Below are positions 62,329 through 64,000 of a DNA stretch of 64,000 nt, piece by piece. The DNA is from an uncultured Gammaproteobacteria bacterium. GTDB taxonomy: Bacteria > Patescibacteriota > Microgenomatia > UBA1406 > GWC2-37-13. The stretch covers positions 299 to 64,298 of the forward strand of contig CAYNFC010000007.1 in NCBI GenBank assembly GCA_964396395.1. Reading direction: 5' to 3'. The position numbers and the translations under genes are program-made. A model generated the notes under the pieces. That model made no database searches and had not been told where the DNA came from. It saw only the letters and a list, made by a program, of their open reading frames with translations. How positions within the stretch are numbered: position 1 is the stretch's first letter; each line of letters opens with the position of its first letter.

Positions 62329-62392
62329 CTAATTTCAAATTTCTATTTTCAATTACTAATTTCGAATCACTAACAACAATTTTCAATTTTCC
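62327..62392 (+). repeat. right arm of IVS-like element
   Basis: aactaatttcaaatttctattttcaattactaatttcgaatcactaacaacaattttcaatttt. Inverted copy of the left arm. Confidence 0.65.
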
Positions 62393-62624
62393 TAACCCGT
62401 TTCCATACCTACTCCCATCTTCCCCTTGACTTTAGCATGCTCCTTTCTTTATCATTAAAATCAATGAGGAAAATTCCTAAGGGCTCGTTCGTTAATAATT
62501 TACGATGTTATTAACGATTACGGCCCTTTGTGCAGCATCATCACTTGAAATAGGTATATATTATTAACGGATGCGGCCTCAAATTAGAAATTAATTAAAA
62601 GTCAAATGCAAAGGGGGTGAAAAT

Positions 62625-63632
62625 ATGAAAGACAACAAAATTTGTGTAAGTAAAACAGTCGCTTACCTAGTTGCGTTAGTCGCAGTGATCGTTGGTGCTT
62701 TTTATATAATGAAAGTTACGAACACGCAAAAACTAGGAACAACTCCTCGAGCAACAGGAATATCTTGTAACTATTATCACTCAGATTTTAGTAGCGAATT
62801 TTCAAAATCGAGTATTTATCGATATGTAGCAAGAGTAGAGGGAAACACGTGTTATGGTTATAAAGGCTATAAAAATGCAGCCGGTAATTGTGTCGAGGAA
62901 AAAATTCCTTGTAGAATAGATAAAACAGGAACTACTGTCAAAGATGTTGCTTTTTGTAATAAATCTTATATCCGGGTCCCAAATGATTCTCCAACAGGAG
63001 GAAATCTTTGTGGAAGAACAACAGGATATAAACAAGAATATTATGAAGCAAACGTAATACATAATAAATATATAAAGGTAAATACTCCTAGGTGTAAAAC
63101 AAGCGAGATTGTTGATGACGCTTATTGTTGGGTATATCCAACTGAAGTAACTGAAGCCACTTCTCCTCAAAGGATTGTCAGGACAGCTCAATGCCCAGTC
63201 GGTTCAGCTTGGCTGAGTGTGGTAGAAGATAACACGGTAAAAACTACTGACTACTTAACAACACCAAGTAGAAAAGATTATTTAAAAAATGAGTATTGTG
63301 TAGGCTTAGATGGTTATGCGATGATAACAAAAAATATAGATGGAAGTACTAAATATCGGTGTATGAGAACGAAATTAATTAGTAAAGGTAGCACAGGAAA
63401 AAGAACAAATTGTTATAAAACACAAAAAAGTGAAAAATTTACTTTTTTTGGACTTGATGGAATTAAAACTACTTGTACTTCTGTAATATATACAGGTGTT
63501 GGTGAGTATAAGAGTGCAGCTAAAAAAAATGCGCTGAAACAATGTATGGATGAAGGATATAGTAATTGTTTTGATACAAAAGAAGAATGTCGTGCTTTAA
63601 TTGTTGTAAATAATAGACAGAATCCTGAATAA
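62625..63632 (+). CDS. membrane-anchored or secreted Cys-rich protein
   Basis: 335-aa ORF with a strong SD (AAGGGGGTG), an N-terminal TM helix and more than 20 Cys spread through the ectodomain. Confidence 0.65.
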   Translation: MKDNKICVSKTVAYLVALVAVIVGAFYIMKVTNTQKLGTTPRATGISCNYYHSDFSSEFSKSSIYRYVARVEGNTCYGYKGYKNAAGNCVEEKIPCRIDKTGTTVKDVAFCNKSYIRVPNDSPTGGNLCGRTTGYKQEYYEANVIHNKYIKVNTPRCKTSEIVDDAYCWVYPTEVTEATSPQRIVRTAQCPVGSAWLSVVEDNTVKTTDYLTTPSRKDYLKNEYCVGLDGYAMITKNIDGSTKYRCMRTKLISKGSTGKRTNCYKTQKSEKFTFFGLDGIKTTCTSVIYTGVGEYKSAAKKNALKQCMDEGYSNCFDTKEECRALIVVNNRQNPE

Positions 63633-63659
63633 CTAAAAGTAAATAAGAAAAAGAATAAT

Positions 63660-63688
63660 ACCCCGGTCGCTCCGGGGTGTTTTTTTTA
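63660..63688 (+). terminator. intrinsic terminator
   Basis: ACCCCGGtcgctCCGGGGT followed by a G and a T-run, 28 nt after the 63632 stop. Confidence 0.85.
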
Positions 63689-63726
63689 AGAAGACGTTGC
63701 TAAATTGTAAATTTAGCTTACGAATT

Positions 63727-63804
63727 CTTAACCCTCCTGTATTCGCTCTTCGAGCCGCAGTAGAAGTCTACTAAGGCGAGAAGTAAGAATAGGAGGGTGT
63801 TAAG
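63727..63804. other. long imperfect hairpin of unknown function
   Basis: CTTAACCCTCCTGTATTCGCTCTTCG pairs with CGAGAAGtaaGAATAGGAGGGTGTTAAG. The apical hairpin is GTAGAagTCTAC. Confidence 0.4.
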
Positions 63805-63914
63805 TCTTGAGATAAGATTTGGAGGATGGAAAATCCTTTTATAGTTTACAGTTGACAGTAAACTGTAAACTAACTATTGACTTTTGCTTACTTATGCTGC
63901 ATAATGGATAACAT

Positions 63915-64000
63915 ATGAGTAATGGAACTGCTTCGAATTTACAGTTTAAGTTATCCTTGGATCAAGGTTTAACTAATGTTTGGGGATATTTAAAAAAAGA
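63915..64000 (+). CDS. 5' end of an ORF running off the window
   Basis: ATG at 63915 (MSNGTASNLQFKLSLDQGLTNVWGYLKK...), preceded by TTGACT-17-CATAAT. Incomplete, so the function is unknown. Confidence 0.3.
   Translation, partial: MSNGTASNLQFKLSLDQGLTNVWGYLKK

Noticed and set aside
61997-62392. A possible CRISPR array, suggested by the many short GAAATTAGAAA-like repeats.
   Set aside because: The repeats are degenerate and about 11 nt long, with no regular repeat-spacer periodicity. The two blocks are inverted copies flanking a four-helix-bundle pseudogene. No cas genes are nearby.

Overview
This is an AT-rich, gene-dense bacterial chromosome segment. It has small genes, archaeal-type enzymes (short TpiA, two PurP paralogs), many secreted or membrane-anchored orphan proteins and a stand-alone 5S rRNA. 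That style fits a Patescibacteria/CPR-like organism, but this is inference from gene content only.

Recognisable core content:
- A long minus-strand purine operon, purF-N-D-L-Q-P-P-B-E-C (35.6-48.0 kb), with purM and a PNP-family gene nearby.
- A glycolysis/gluconeogenesis cluster (tpiA, pgk, gap, glpX, class I fba).
- Housekeeping genes: trmD, yidD, gltX, coaBC, era, typA, dus.
- Three tRNAs (Asn, Pro, Gln) and a 5S rRNA.

I saw no CRISPR array, transposase or integrase.

Most notable non-genic signals:
1. A 28-bp palindromic site with 11-6-11 geometry (TATCTTnnnGA-CGRYCG-TCnnnAAGATA) occurs 11 times, always intergenic. Copies bracket discrete gene modules (an AbiEii-like toxin pair and a PaaX/Cas2-fold regulator). 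Others form two doublets with identical 58-bp phasing, and some sit just upstream of the pur and PNP promoters.
2. An array of four same-strand MGMT gene copies or relics (4.0-8.5 kb) is interleaved with unrelated cassettes. A relic of the purC 3' end marks another insertion.
3. An islet next to tRNA-Asn is bounded by direct repeats of about 60 bp.
4. A MerR-HTH::GHKL-ATPase gene overlaps a STAS-like gene.
5. There is a family of GC-rich REP-like hairpins.
6. The pur operon contains structured spacers and an attenuator-like leader.
7. Small GIY-YIG genes are attached to tRNA-Gln and to the 5S rRNA.
8. An IVS-like inverted-repeat element carries a decayed four-helix-bundle gene.
9. TATAAT boxes recur 6-9 nt upstream of start codons, suggesting leaderless mRNAs.

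All functional calls come from motif recognition by eye. No database search was possible.
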